64,000 nt of DNA from Myxococcota bacterium (GCA_039028615.1 JBCCHT010000003.1:453632-517631), one strand, 5' to 3'. Positions 36,348-46,535 are shown, numbered from the stretch's first letter. Made by a program: numbers and translations. The notes: a model not told the origin generated them from the sequence alone.

Positions 36348-37169
36348 ATGGCCCTCGTGCTCGCGCACCTGTCGGACCTGCACTTTGGCGCTGGACCTCA
36401 GCTGGAACGAACGACGCAGAGGCTCGTACGCTCGCTCATGCGTCGTGCCGTCGATCATGTGGTGATCAGCGGCGACGTGACCGATCGCGGGCGCTGGGAG
36501 GAGTACGAGCGCTTTTGGGCCTGCCTGGCCCCGCTACGCCAGGTGACCGAGGTCTCCGTCGTGCCCGGCAACCACGATCGCCTGGGCCAAGACGTGGCGG
36601 GCACGATCATGGAAAACCACCGCGTGCTCACTTCGAGACACGAGGGGTTGTTCATGATCCGCATGGACTCCACCGCGCCGCACAATTGTCGCTACGCGTT
36701 CGAGGGCCACGGGTCGATCCACGACCGTGACCTGATGCAGCTGGACCGGGCGCTCGACGACGCGCGGCCGGGGGAGACGGTGGTGGTGACCATGCATCAC
36801 CATCCGCTGCCGCTGCCCGAAGAGGGAAGCCTCGAGCGAATCTCGGCCTGGTTCGGGCTGCCCTTCACCGCCGAGCTTTCGATGGGGAGTGAACTCATCG
36901 CGTGCCTGCGGGGGCGCTGTGACTTGCTGCTGCACGGGCATCGCCACATCCCGGCCGAGCGCTGGCTCTTCGGTGACGCAGACCGTCCGCTACGGGTCGT
37001 GAACGCGGGGCAGTCCTCGGGGCTCGGGCTGGCGCGCTTGTTCGACTATGGCTACGACGCGGATCTGCGCGCGCCTTCGCGGTGGTTGAGTGCCACCGAG
37101 GGCGACATGCCGCCCCGCATGGCCCCGCCGCCCGCTCATCGCGAGAGCCTGCTCGTCGCACCTGTGTGA
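36348..37169 (+). CDS. Calcineurin-like metallophosphoesterase
   Basis: HLSDLH, SGDVTD, PGNHD, MHHHP, LHGHRH. Confidence 0.92.
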   Translation: MALVLAHLSDLHFGAGPQLERTTQRLVRSLMRRAVDHVVISGDVTDRGRWEEYERFWACLAPLRQVTEVSVVPGNHDRLGQDVAGTIMENHRVLTSRHEGLFMIRMDSTAPHNCRYAFEGHGSIHDRDLMQLDRALDDARPGETVVVTMHHHPLPLPEEGSLERISAWFGLPFTAELSMGSELIACLRGRCDLLLHGHRHIPAERWLFGDADRPLRVVNAGQSSGLGLARLFDYGYDADLRAPSRWLSATEGDMPPRMAPPPAHRESLLVAPV

Positions 37170-37196
37170 TGCCGACTCCCCGACCTCGGACTGCGC

Positions 37197-37853
37197 TTGA
37201 CCGTCATGATCGCGACCGAGCTGTTGTGGACCGGAGCAGCCGCGGGCCTGGCCATCGCGATGCCGCTCGGACCCGTCGGCATGTTCTGCTTCGATGTGGG
37301 CCTACGGCGTGGGCCTGCCTTCGGGGTGGCGGCCGGCATTGGGGCGGCGCTGGGCGACGGGCTCTTTGCGGCCGCGGCCCTCGTCGGCACCTCCGGTTGG
37401 GTCGGCGTCAGCGGAGGCTGGCTTCGGCTGGTGGGAGGGCTTGTCCTCGTCTGTGTCGCGGGCACTCGCTGGCTCCACCGCCCCGCCGTGACCACCGAGC
37501 CCCCGCCGGTTCGCCGGGCTCGCCGCGCCTTCGTGGCGGCACTCGGGCTCACGCTCGGCAACCCCGCGACCTTGCTGCCCTTCGCCGCCGTGTTCGGCAC
37601 GCTCGGCTTCCCCGAGGGTGACACGAGCGGTGCCGTGCTCGTAGTGCTCGGGGTCCTGCTGGGCGCGATGACCTGGTGGACGAGCGTCGCGGTGATCGCT
37701 CGGTGCTTGAGACCGAGGCTGGGACCGAAAACGCTTTCGCGGATCGATCGAGTCATCACCGGGGTTCTGTTCGTGTTCGCCGTCGGGTTGCTGATTTCGG
37801 GGAGCTACGACGTCCTGAGCGTCCTCGACGAGGCCGGACGACCACGACTTTAA
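37197..37853 (+). CDS. LysE family translocator
   Basis: AMPLGPVG, GAALGD, LTLGNP, GAMTWW. Confidence 0.88.
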   Translation: MTVMIATELLWTGAAAGLAIAMPLGPVGMFCFDVGLRRGPAFGVAAGIGAALGDGLFAAAALVGTSGWVGVSGGWLRLVGGLVLVCVAGTRWLHRPAVTTEPPPVRRARRAFVAALGLTLGNPATLLPFAAVFGTLGFPEGDTSGAVLVVLGVLLGAMTWWTSVAVIARCLRPRLGPKTLSRIDRVITGVLFVFAVGLLISGSYDVLSVLDEAGRPRL

Positions 37854-37925
37854 GATCCCGAGATTTAAGATCTCGGTCGGGGAAGAAGGGCGGGGCGAAC
37901 GAAGTCTTCTGCTAGCGTGCCAGCC

Positions 37926-38291
37926 ATGGACGAGACCGAGTCCACGCCCGAACCTGCCCCCGAGTCCGAAGCCGAGCAGCAGGCGGGGGAGCAGTCCGGG
38001 ATCCTGAAGTTCGGCAAGATCGCGTTCGGTTCGTTCCTGATCGGTGGCGCGACGATGGGGATCGTGGGCATGCTCGACGAGCCTCCCCTGGCGCTACGCA
38101 TCCCCTTGGGCATCGTGTTCGTGGGGTCCGCGCTCACCTGCATGGTGGCCGGAGGCATCGGTGTCCTCCGCTACATGATGTCGTTCAGCAGCCGCAAGAA
38201 GACGGCATCGGAGCACCTCGGCTTCATGCTCGCCGCCACCCCTCTGGTGATCGCCTACATCGCGATGAGAGTCATGGAGGTTTTCTTCTAG
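37926..38291 (+). CDS. Hypothetical membrane protein (3 TM)
   Basis: Acidic N-terminus, hydrophobic helices. Confidence 0.65.
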   Translation: MDETESTPEPAPESEAEQQAGEQSGILKFGKIAFGSFLIGGATMGIVGMLDEPPLALRIPLGIVFVGSALTCMVAGGIGVLRYMMSFSSRKKTASEHLGFMLAATPLVIAYIAMRVMEVFF

Positions 38292-38301
38292 CGGGCGGCG
38301 C

Positions 38302-40281
38302 TCAGTCTTCGGGGGCGAACACCGTCTGGAAGAACAGGTTGTTCCGCATCTGCGGCGGAACATGAGTATCGAAGTCGGGCTCGTCGGGCACCGCCGAGCC
38401 GGGGATCCGAGCTTCGAGCTCGACCCACCCGTCGCGGGTCTGAACCCGGTAGTACTGGCGAAACTCGGGCGGCGCCTGGCTCAGCAGGCCCTTGGCGATC
38501 GACTCGAGGGTCTCGAGCCGATCGTCGGTGGTCGCGTGGGCGCCGAACCGCAACAGGGTGTCGTCCCATACCGAGAGGAACCCATACGTCGCATCGAAAC
38601 CGTAGATGGGCACGGGCTCGTCGAACTCGACGAAGAACCATAGAAGGGCGCGAAGGTCCACGTGCTCGGCGACGCGTCGGGCCAGCGTGGGGTTGCGGGG
38701 CGGGGACTCGAGTCGCGCGCGGGCCTGCTCGGCCTCCCATCGCTCGCTGGTGATGATCGCGTGGCCGTTTTTGTGCGCAGCGACGAGCAAGCCGTCCCAG
38801 GCATCGCCCGGGTTCCGCAGCCACGTGTATTCACCGAAGGGCTCGATCTCGCTGGGCGGACCGTCGTCTTCTTGGAAGATGTAGCTCGTGCACCGAGCCA
38901 GAGCCTCGCTGGTCCAGTCGCCCGACACTGCGACGGTGATGTTGTCGAGATCGCCAGTGAACAGCAGGGTGTCGGTGGCGGCGATGGGATCGACGCCGCC
39001 GCAGTGCTCCGCGATGAGCTCGCCGTACTTGGCGATGCGGTCCCGGTACTTGACCATCTGCGGGACTCGCTTGAACCCCGAAAGGTCGACCCCGAAGGCG
39101 CCCGCCGAATCGGGGGGCATCTTGGAGAGTTCGGCGCGGGCCCAGCCGGGCACGATCATGCCCCCGGGAGCCTCGGCAGAGGCCTCGGCAAGGGAGCCGA
39201 GGTCCGATTCGGGAGGCCAGGCCGAGATTTCCGGCAGCGGAGGCAGAGGCTCGGGCTCGGCCGAGGCACTCGCGATCGTCTCGGTGGTGGAGGGCGGGGC
39301 GTCGGCGGGGCGAAGGGCGAGCCAGGCGGTGATGCCCGCGACCACCACGATGACGCCCGCGACCGCGGCGAGGGGCCACCGCATGGACTTCGTGGCGGTT
39401 GGACCCTCGGGGTGCTCGCGAAGCCGCCGGGCCAGGGTCGCGACGTCGGGGAGCCGCTGGCCCGGGTCGCGTTCGAGGCATCGCATGATCGCGGCATCGA
39501 GCTGCGGGCCGATGGAACACGAACTCGCCGGAGACTCGAAGCGTCCCAGCGGCAGATGCCCCGTGAGCAGCTCGTACAGCACCACCGCCAGCGAGAACAG
39601 GTCGGCGCGGGCATCGACGTGCCGCGGGTTCTCGAGCTGCTCGGGCGCGGCGTAGTGCGGCGTGCCCATCGTGTCGCCGGTATGGGTGTGGTCGCCGGCC
39701 CGGTCTTCGGTCTGAGCGAGTCGCTTGGCCAAGCCGAAGTCCGCGAGGCGGGGCCGGCCGTCGCTGCCCACCAGGATGTTCTCGGGCTTGATGTCGCGAT
39801 GGACGATGCCCCGGTCGTGCGCGTAGCCGACTGCGTCGCACAACGCCGCGACCAGCTCGATCGCCTCCGCCGGAACCACGGCGCCGCCTCGCATGATCGC
39901 CCGCAGGTTCGGCCCGTCGATGCACTCCATGAGCAAGAAGAACAGCCCGCCGGCTTCCCCGAAGTCGAACACGCGGACGATCCCGGGGTGATCGAGCTGC
40001 GCCATGGCCCGGGCCTCCTTCGAGAATCGACTCGCGAAGGCGGGCTCGGCGGTGAGCCGAGGGTCCATGACCTTGACCGCTACGACCCGGTCGAGCTCGG
40101 TCTGACGCGCCCGATACACGACCCCCATGCCGCCGCGGCCCATGCACTCGAGCAGCTCGAGGTCGGGTCGCGCGCACAGGAAGGGGCCGAGATCGAGGTC
40201 GTCTGGGGGCAGGGCTTCGTCTGCACCGAGCCCGAGCGACAAGAGCCTGAGCGGCGCGGCGATCTCTCGATCGGTGTGCAT
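38302..40281 (-). CDS. Membrane Ser/Thr protein kinase (ECF-associated)
   Basis: GRGGMGVV, VAVK, HRDIKPEN, DFG, GTPHYAAPE, TM, extracytoplasmic domain. Confidence 0.93.
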   Translation of the reverse strand: MHTDREIAAPLRLLSLGLGADEALPPDDLDLGPFLCARPDLELLECMGRGGMGVVYRARQTELDRVVAVKVMDPRLTAEPAFASRFSKEARAMAQLDHPGIVRVFDFGEAGGLFFLLMECIDGPNLRAIMRGGAVVPAEAIELVAALCDAVGYAHDRGIVHRDIKPENILVGSDGRPRLADFGLAKRLAQTEDRAGDHTHTGDTMGTPHYAAPEQLENPRHVDARADLFSLAVVLYELLTGHLPLGRFESPASSCSIGPQLDAAIMRCLERDPGQRLPDVATLARRLREHPEGPTATKSMRWPLAAVAGVIVVVAGITAWLALRPADAPPSTTETIASASAEPEPLPPLPEISAWPPESDLGSLAEASAEAPGGMIVPGWARAELSKMPPDSAGAFGVDLSGFKRVPQMVKYRDRIAKYGELIAEHCGGVDPIAATDTLLFTGDLDNITVAVSGDWTSEALARCTSYIFQEDDGPPSEIEPFGEYTWLRNPGDAWDGLLVAAHKNGHAIITSERWEAEQARARLESPPRNPTLARRVAEHVDLRALLWFFVEFDEPVPIYGFDATYGFLSVWDDTLLRFGAHATTDDRLETLESIAKGLLSQAPPEFRQYYRVQTRDGWVELEARIPGSAVPDEPDFDTHVPPQMRNNLFFQTVFAPED

Positions 40282-40311
40282 GGTGACCTATGACCCAAGC
40301 GCCGGGCGGCG

Positions 40312-41043
40312 TTACGGCTCCGAAGGACGAAGGGCGTCCATCAGCGCTCGGAGCTCGGCGCCGACGTCGGCCCCTTCGACGAGGGTGTCGGCGACTTCAT
40401 CGCGGAGCATCTGTCGAAATCGGGTGCGCAGGCGGTGCGCGGCGACCCGCACGGCGCCCTCGTTCATGTCCTGGCGCTCGGCGATCTCACGATAGGGTGG
40501 GGTCTCTCCGTTCAGGAGCGAAGGCTCCAGCGCGTCGAAGATGGGACGTAGGCCGCGCTCCTCGTATTCTCGCGCCACCAGCGACATGGCGCGCCGCAGC
40601 GTGGCCATGGCCCAGGTGCGGGCGTAGGCGGCCTCGGGATCGTGCGGCCCGGCCACGGGCAGCTCGACCAAGCCATCGGCGCCTTCGAAATCCAGGGGGC
40701 GCGGAGCCTGGCCGCCCCCTCGCTTCTGCGTGCGCTCGCGTCGGCTCTGCTTCGACAGGTAGTGCCGAAACGCGCCCAGCAGGTAGTTGCGAAAGCGCCC
40801 CCGCTGCTGGTCGGCGCGGGCGAGTCCCTTGGTGTTGAGCACCTCGGCCACGAAGCCCTGCACCAGGTCTTCGGCATCGCTCGCCGAGCGTCCTTGGTGG
40901 CGGACGAACGCATAAAGAGGTGCCCAGTAGCGCGTGCACAGCTCGCCCAGGGCTACGTGAGCCCGTTCGTCGTCATGGCTCGCGCGCGCCACCATGCTCC
41001 AGCGGGTGGCGGGGAACGCTGCGTGCTCCACGACGGGGGGCAT
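40312..41043 (-). CDS. ECF RNA polymerase sigma factor (kinase-associated type)
   Basis: FPATRWSMV, LCTRYWAPLY, DAEDLVQGF, RGRFRNYL, YREIA..GAVRVAAHRLR. Confidence 0.9.
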   Translation of the reverse strand: MPPVVEHAAFPATRWSMVARASHDDERAHVALGELCTRYWAPLYAFVRHQGRSASDAEDLVQGFVAEVLNTKGLARADQQRGRFRNYLLGAFRHYLSKQSRRERTQKRGGGQAPRPLDFEGADGLVELPVAGPHDPEAAYARTWAMATLRRAMSLVAREYEERGLRPIFDALEPSLLNGETPPYREIAERQDMNEGAVRVAAHRLRTRFRQMLRDEVADTLVEGADVGAELRALMDALRPSEP

Positions 41044-41148
41044 GGGGCTCGGCAATCTAGCAGCTCGAGGCGGCGAGCGGGCGCGGCCGGGGACATGGAA
41101 AATTCACTTTCGCCGGTAACGAGTCGGAACGCAGCGGTCAAGCGGCGT

Positions 41149-42606
41149 ATGACCATCATCTCGACCTCGAAGACCTCCCTGCCCGTCGGCGCTTGGGCTT
41201 GGATTCTCGCCCTCGGTTGCTCCGCCGTCGCGGCCTGCCAGGAGGATGTGCCGATGGAGCCGTCCGAGGAGGTGGGCACCGATGCTGATCCCGATGCCAG
41301 CGGCGACGAGCCGAGCGACGACTCCTACACCTCGGGGGAATGGACCGACGACGACGGGGTCGATGACACCTCGTCCGGCGAGCCCGAACCGGAGCCGGAG
41401 CCGGAGCCCGAACCGCCCGCGGCGGTGTGTGGCGACGGAGTGGTGGAGGGCGCCGAGCAGTGTGACGACGGCAACGAAGACCTCGGCGACGCGTGTCGGC
41501 CCGATTGCACGACGCCGCTGGTCGAGCGTTGGACCCGATTCGAAGGAGGCGAGGGGGATGATCTCGCCGCGGACGCTCTGATGGACGATGGCGGCAGCGT
41601 GATCGCACTCGGGATCAGCGAAGTGCCGGGCGAGTCCTACGATCTGTGGCTGCGGGGTTACGAGCCCGACGGTCGAGAGGCTTGGACCTTCAGCTACGGC
41701 GGGCCGGGGCACGATCAAGACGTTGGGCAGGCCTTGGCGTGGCACGACAGCGGCGACGTGCTGGTCGCGGGCGCCGAGACCACCGAGACCGGTCGCGACG
41801 TGCTGGTGATGCGCGTCGGGCTCGGAGCCAGCGAGCCGACCTGGGTCGCTCACTACGACGGTGCCTCGGGCGACGACTTTGCCAACGACATCGGCAGCGA
41901 CGCCGACGGGAACGTGCTGGTGGTGGGCAGCCACCTCAACGACGGGCGCCACGCGTGGCTACGCAGCTACAGCGCCGCGGGGGACGAGCGCTGGACCGTG
42001 TCCTACGACAACCCGCAGTTCGACGGCCCGAGCGCGGCGGTGGCCCTGGCGTTCGGCCCCGATGGCACGGCGAGCGTCGCCGGAGGCACCGACTTGGCCA
42101 CGGGCTCCGAGGGGTGGCTCATTCGGGTGGACCCGACGGACGGCGCGGTGCTTTCCGAACAGAATCTCGATCTCGGTCCGGTCGGCATGGTGGCCGAGCC
42201 CGACGGCACCCTGCTGCTCGCGGGGTGGCGCCAGGGAGACTTCGGCAACGTCGATCTCGTGCTGATGCGAACGGCCGCCGACGGCACGCTCGTCGACGAG
42301 GTCCTGTTGGACGGGGCACCAGGCTACGGCGATGCGGCCTATGACGTGGCGGTCACCAACGACGGGCAGATCTTCGTCTCGGGCATCGTGGCCGTCCCGG
42401 GCCACCAGATCGACGCCTGGATCCTCGGCTTCGACTCGGCCCTGACCCTGCAGTGGTCCCAGCGGTACGATGGCGAGTTCAACCTCCAGGACGAAGCCCG
42501 CGGCGTGGTGGTGCACCCGCTGGGGGAAATGGTGGCCTTCACCGGCTACGAGTCGGTGGTCGGGTCGGGCTATGAAGCGTGGATCCGGGTCTTCGATGTC
42601 CTCTAG
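41149..42606 (+). CDS. Lipoprotein with Myxococcus Cys-rich repeat (DUF4215) and beta-propeller-like repeats
   Basis: AVAAC lipobox; CGDGVVEGAEQCDDGN..C..DC; repeated W..Y/D.A..G motifs. Confidence 0.85.
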   Translation: MTIISTSKTSLPVGAWAWILALGCSAVAACQEDVPMEPSEEVGTDADPDASGDEPSDDSYTSGEWTDDDGVDDTSSGEPEPEPEPEPEPPAAVCGDGVVEGAEQCDDGNEDLGDACRPDCTTPLVERWTRFEGGEGDDLAADALMDDGGSVIALGISEVPGESYDLWLRGYEPDGREAWTFSYGGPGHDQDVGQALAWHDSGDVLVAGAETTETGRDVLVMRVGLGASEPTWVAHYDGASGDDFANDIGSDADGNVLVVGSHLNDGRHAWLRSYSAAGDERWTVSYDNPQFDGPSAAVALAFGPDGTASVAGGTDLATGSEGWLIRVDPTDGAVLSEQNLDLGPVGMVAEPDGTLLLAGWRQGDFGNVDLVLMRTAADGTLVDEVLLDGAPGYGDAAYDVAVTNDGQIFVSGIVAVPGHQIDAWILGFDSALTLQWSQRYDGEFNLQDEARGVVVHPLGEMVAFTGYESVVGSGYEAWIRVFDVL

Positions 42607-43919
42607 CCCTCGTCGACGTCGAAGCCGCTCGCGTCGTAGTGGTCGCTCCACGGCACCAAGTACCCCTGGAGCAAGGCGGGCGGGGTGCTCATGGTCGGCT
42701 TGTCTGCGGTCAGGCAGGCCAACATCATGAACGGGTCGGGTCGGCGGCCCTTCATCGAGGGTCCGCTCAGCGGGGTGAGCCCGTTGGGGTCCCAGCAGAT
42801 CGAGGCGATCTGGGCGGCAAAGGCATCCGACGCGGCATTGCCCGCGTGGTTGGACGAGGCATGGGTCTCGCCCAGCGCGTCCCCCTCGGAGCCGTGGATC
42901 GCGATCTCGAAGTGCACGTGCGCATTGATGCCGGGTGAGTTCGCGTTGCCGCTCTTGCCCACCGTGCCCACCGCCTGGCCCGCGGTCACCGAGGCCCCGT
43001 TGTCCACCGCGAGGGTGTCGAGGTGGGCGAAGAACACGGACGCGTAGAGGCTCTGGCCTTCGGCCACGACCTCGGGCACGGGACACGCCAGCTGCACGTA
43101 GTTGCCGTAGCCGCTCGCCCAGCCCGCCCACACCGGGCCATCACAGGGGGCGATGAGGTCGGTGCCCACGGGGGCGAGGATGTCGATGCCCGAGTGCCCG
43201 CCCGGGTTGCCCGAACGCGGCGCGCCGAAGTGGCCGCCGCCCAGGCCGTCCTCTCGGATGGCGTAGTCGAGCGGGAGGATCCACGTCCACGGCGCGGCGG
43301 CGGGATCGATGGGCTAGAGTCCCTCGGCGAAGCCACGGTCCCAGCGCATCGAAGAGCAGGCCATGCCCCCGCCCGCGGCTTCGCAGGCCGCGACCAGTGG
43401 CGGAGAAAACGGGCCCCACGCGTAGGTCGGGTCGACGCACAGGCCGTCCGTCATCGTGCTGCCCGCCGGGCAGCGGTCGGTGCCCCGGAGGCCTCGGGCC
43501 AGCTCCAGCGGCCAGTCTTCGTCCTCGCACTCCGCTGCGCCGCAGGCCAGGCAGTCCTGCACGATGGGATCGGTGAAGGGCCCGCGCGCGACTTGATCGT
43601 TCACGCACAGGAAGTACGCGGCGTCGAAGGTCATGCCTTCGGGGCAGGCGAACTCCTCGCTGTCTTCGACCAGCTCGGGCGGCACGGTGGGCTCGGGGCA
43701 GACGGCGGGCTCACCCGAGGAATCGGCGGCATCGGTCTGCCCCGAGGCATCGCTCGTCGTGGCGCCGCCCGAAGGCTGCGTCCCCGGTGGCTCGCCCGAG
43801 CTCGCCGCGTCGGTCTCCCACTCCGGATCCCATGCCGCGCCCGAACCCTCTGATGTGCAGCCGCTCGTCCCTCCGACGACGACGGCAACCCCCACTACGA
43901 CCCTCCATCGCTTCCCCAC
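42603..43919 (-). pseudogene. Lipoprotein M23 family metallopeptidase interrupted by an in-frame TAG (43314-43316)
   Basis: ORFs 43314-43919 and 42603-43169 share one frame; the sequence between them is open and encodes the HSGID (HxxxD) zinc motif; GYGNYV, FAHL, VGKSGN and HVH follow. Confidence 0.8.
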
Positions 43920-44041
43920 GAAATCAGCCTACGTCACCCGACATGCCGCCGGAGTGCTCGTTCCCAGCGAAAACGGGGGGCCGATTGGGGACCGACACAC
44001 GCGCGCGTTCAATAGCGAGGCGCTCGTCGTTCACCCGCTGT

Positions 44042-44728
44042 TCAGGCGGTGGTCGAGGGCAACTTCGTGGCTTGGCCAAAGGCCGGCGTCGGCGTCCAGT
44101 TCAGGCACCGCATCACGGGCATCTCATCGTAGAAATCGAACACGGTGAGGTTGGCGTAGGACTGCTCGAGCCGAAACAGATCGGTCTCGGCCATGCCGAG
44201 CAGGTGCGCGACCACGATGCGACCGACACCTCCGTGCGAGACGATGGCCACCGCCGTATCTCGGTGACGCCGTCGAATCTCCTCGAGCCCGGCGACGACC
44301 CGCGCCTGCATCACCGAGAAGCTCTCGCCGCCGGGAAACTGCACCTGGGTCGGCGTGTCCATCCACTGGCGGTAGACCTCGGGGTGCCTGCGCTCGATCT
44401 CCTCGTAGGTCTGCCCCTCGAACTCCCCGAAGTCGATCTCGGCAAAGCGCTCGTCGATGGTCAGCTCGGCCGCGGTGCCGCGACGCACGACCTGCGCCGT
44501 CTCGACCGCTCGAACCCGCGGGCTCGCATAGATGTGGCTCGGCGCGGCGTGGGTCCGCAGCGCCTCGGCGCAGGCCTCCACGTGGGCGAGCCCGCTCTTG
44601 GCCAGGCCGACGTCGAGCTTGCCGTAGCAGCGGCCGGCCGCGGTCGCCTCGGGCTGGCCGTGGCGCATCAACGCGACCCGGAGCCGCACTCCGGGGGGCA
44701 GGGGAGCCGTGCTCATGGCCTGGTTCAT
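44042..44728 (-). CDS. cobC: Alpha-ribazole/adenosylcobalamin phosphatase (histidine phosphatase family)
   Basis: RHG, SPRVRAVETA, EIDFGEFEG, PGGES, SHGG; ATGA overlap with cobS. Confidence 0.85.
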   Translation of the reverse strand: MNQAMSTAPLPPGVRLRVALMRHGQPEATAAGRCYGKLDVGLAKSGLAHVEACAEALRTHAAPSHIYASPRVRAVETAQVVRRGTAAELTIDERFAEIDFGEFEGQTYEEIERRHPEVYRQWMDTPTQVQFPGGESFSVMQARVVAGLEEIRRRHRDTAVAIVSHGGVGRIVVAHLLGMAETDLFRLEQSYANLTVFDFYDEMPVMRCLNWTPTPAFGQATKLPSTTA

Positions 44729-45471
44729 ACCGAGCGCTCCACCAGTAACCCGACGGTGAGGATCGCCAGCTCGCACAGCTCGGTGGTCGCGCCCAGGGTG
44801 TCCCCCGTGACGCCACCGATTCGACGCATGCACCAGCGGCCCATGCCGACGGCGACCACCAGGGTCACGACCAGCGGCAGTGCGCCCTTCCAGCCCAGCG
44901 CGAGCATGGCGATGAGCACCGCGGCCGTCGTTGCTTGCAGCAGCTCGGGCCAGCCCATGTGGTCGGTGACGGCCGAGCCCACGCCGGTCGTCTCGCGGCG
45001 AGCATAGGGCAGGCGCCAACCGAGCAAGGCCGAGCTCCACTTGGCGACGGCCGCGGCCACGCAGACCCACACGCCCGCCCGGCCACACGCGATGAGGCTG
45101 GCCACCACCGCGATGCGCAGGCTCAGGCCGAGGATGAGGGCGACGCCACCGTAGGCCCCGATCACGTGGTCTCGCATGATGCGGAGCACATCGGCGCGGG
45201 TGTGGCCGCCACCGAAGCCGTCGGCCATGTCCGCCAGGGCATCGAGGTGAAACGCCCCGGTGACCAGCGCCATGACCACCGCCGCCAGCGTGGCCGAGAC
45301 CCAAGGCGGCAACGCGGCGGTCGCCAGCAGGACCATCCACTGGATCAGCCCCACCACCAGGCCGACCACGGGGAACCATCCCAGCGCGCGTCCGACATCG
45401 CGGCCGTCGAAGGCAGCGTTCCCCACCGGAAGGCGGGTGAGGAACGCGAAGGCGCAGCGCAGGCTCCTCAT
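44725..45471 (-). CDS. cobS: Adenosylcobinamide-GDP ribazoletransferase (cobalamin synthase)
   Basis: FLTRLP, TGAFHLDALADMADG, IMRD, GGVTGDTLGA. Confidence 0.95.
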   Translation of the reverse strand: MRSLRCAFAFLTRLPVGNAAFDGRDVGRALGWFPVVGLVVGLIQWMVLLATAALPPWVSATLAAVVMALVTGAFHLDALADMADGFGGGHTRADVLRIMRDHVIGAYGGVALILGLSLRIAVVASLIACGRAGVWVCVAAAVAKWSSALLGWRLPYARRETTGVGSAVTDHMGWPELLQATTAAVLIAMLALGWKGALPLVVTLVVAVGMGRWCMRRIGGVTGDTLGATTELCELAILTVGLLVERSV

Positions 45472-46535
45472 TCGCTTCGATCGTCGACACCCGCGGCGTC
45501 GAAGGTAGCCATGGTTCCATGCGTCATCGCGGCCGCGCGCAGCAGGGGAATCGCCAGCAGGGCTCCCGTGCCCTCACCCAGGCGCAGCGACAGATCGAGC
45601 AGCGGGGTCGCCTCCATGCCGTCGAGCAGCACGCGGTGGCCGGGCACGGCCGAGCGATGCCCGTGGAACACATAGCCCGCGGCGTTGGGGTGGGCCCGTA
45701 CCGCGGCTGCGACGGCTGCCGTACAGATGAAACCGTCCGCGATCACGGCGATGCGGTGGTGGGCCGCGCCGAGCGTCGCACCGGCCAAGGCTGCGAGCTC
45801 GAGGCCGCCGACCGTACGCAGGATCTCGAGCGGCTCGTCGCGGGCGGGCTCGTGCTGCGCCAGGGCTCGTGTGACCACCTCGGCCTTGGTCTGCTGCATC
45901 TGGGCATCGGCGCCCGTGCCCGGTCCCACGACGTCTTGCACCGCCCGACCCGTCAGCGCGCAGGTGACCGCGGTCGCGGTGGTGGTGTTGCCGATGCCCA
46001 TCTCCCCGAGCGCGACGACGGTGGCGCCCGCCCGATGGGCTCGGGCGGCGGCATCGAGGCCGACCTGCAACGCGGCATCGAACTCCGCGGGCTCCATCGC
46101 CGGCTCCGCCGTGAAGTCTCGCGAGCCCGGTCGGACCCGCGCCGACACGAAGTCGATGCCATCGGTGGTCGTCCATGGAGGCAGCGGTCCGTCGACGCCC
46201 ACGTCGACGATCTCCAGCGAAGCGTCGGCGGCCGTGGCCAGAGCCGCGCTCGCCGAGCCACCGCCCGCGATGTTGGCCACCATCTGCGCCGTCACCTGCC
46301 GGGGATAGGGCGACACTGCATGGTGGGCCGTGACCCCGTGGTCCGCCGCGAACAGCAGCCCGCGCGGGTGCTCGATGCGAGGCTGCTCGCGGCATTGGAT
46401 CGCCGCGAGTCGAACGGCAACCGTCTCCAGTAACCCCAGGCTCCCCGGGGGCTTGGTTAGTCGGCTCTGACGTTGTCGGGCGGCTTCGGCCGCAGCGGAG
46501 TCGAGGGGCTCGATCGAGGGAACCTGGGTATGCAT
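45468..46535 (-). CDS. cobT: Nicotinate-nucleotide--dimethylbenzimidazole phosphoribosyltransferase
   Basis: LTKPPGSLG, FAADHG, GEMGIGNTT, LRLGEGTGA; alternative start at 46550. Confidence 0.96.
   Translation of the reverse strand: MHTQVPSIEPLDSAAAEAARQRQSRLTKPPGSLGLLETVAVRLAAIQCREQPRIEHPRGLLFAADHGVTAHHAVSPYPRQVTAQMVANIAGGGSASAALATAADASLEIVDVGVDGPLPPWTTTDGIDFVSARVRPGSRDFTAEPAMEPAEFDAALQVGLDAAARAHRAGATVVALGEMGIGNTTTATAVTCALTGRAVQDVVGPGTGADAQMQQTKAEVVTRALAQHEPARDEPLEILRTVGGLELAALAGATLGAAHHRIAVIADGFICTAAVAAAVRAHPNAAGYVFHGHRSAVPGHRVLLDGMEATPLLDLSLRLGEGTGALLAIPLLRAAAMTHGTMATFDAAGVDDRSE

Noticed and set aside
43314..43316. Pyrrolysine or genome-wide TAG recoding
   Set aside because: Many other genes in the window end at TAG at their expected C-termini, and no pyl genes are visible
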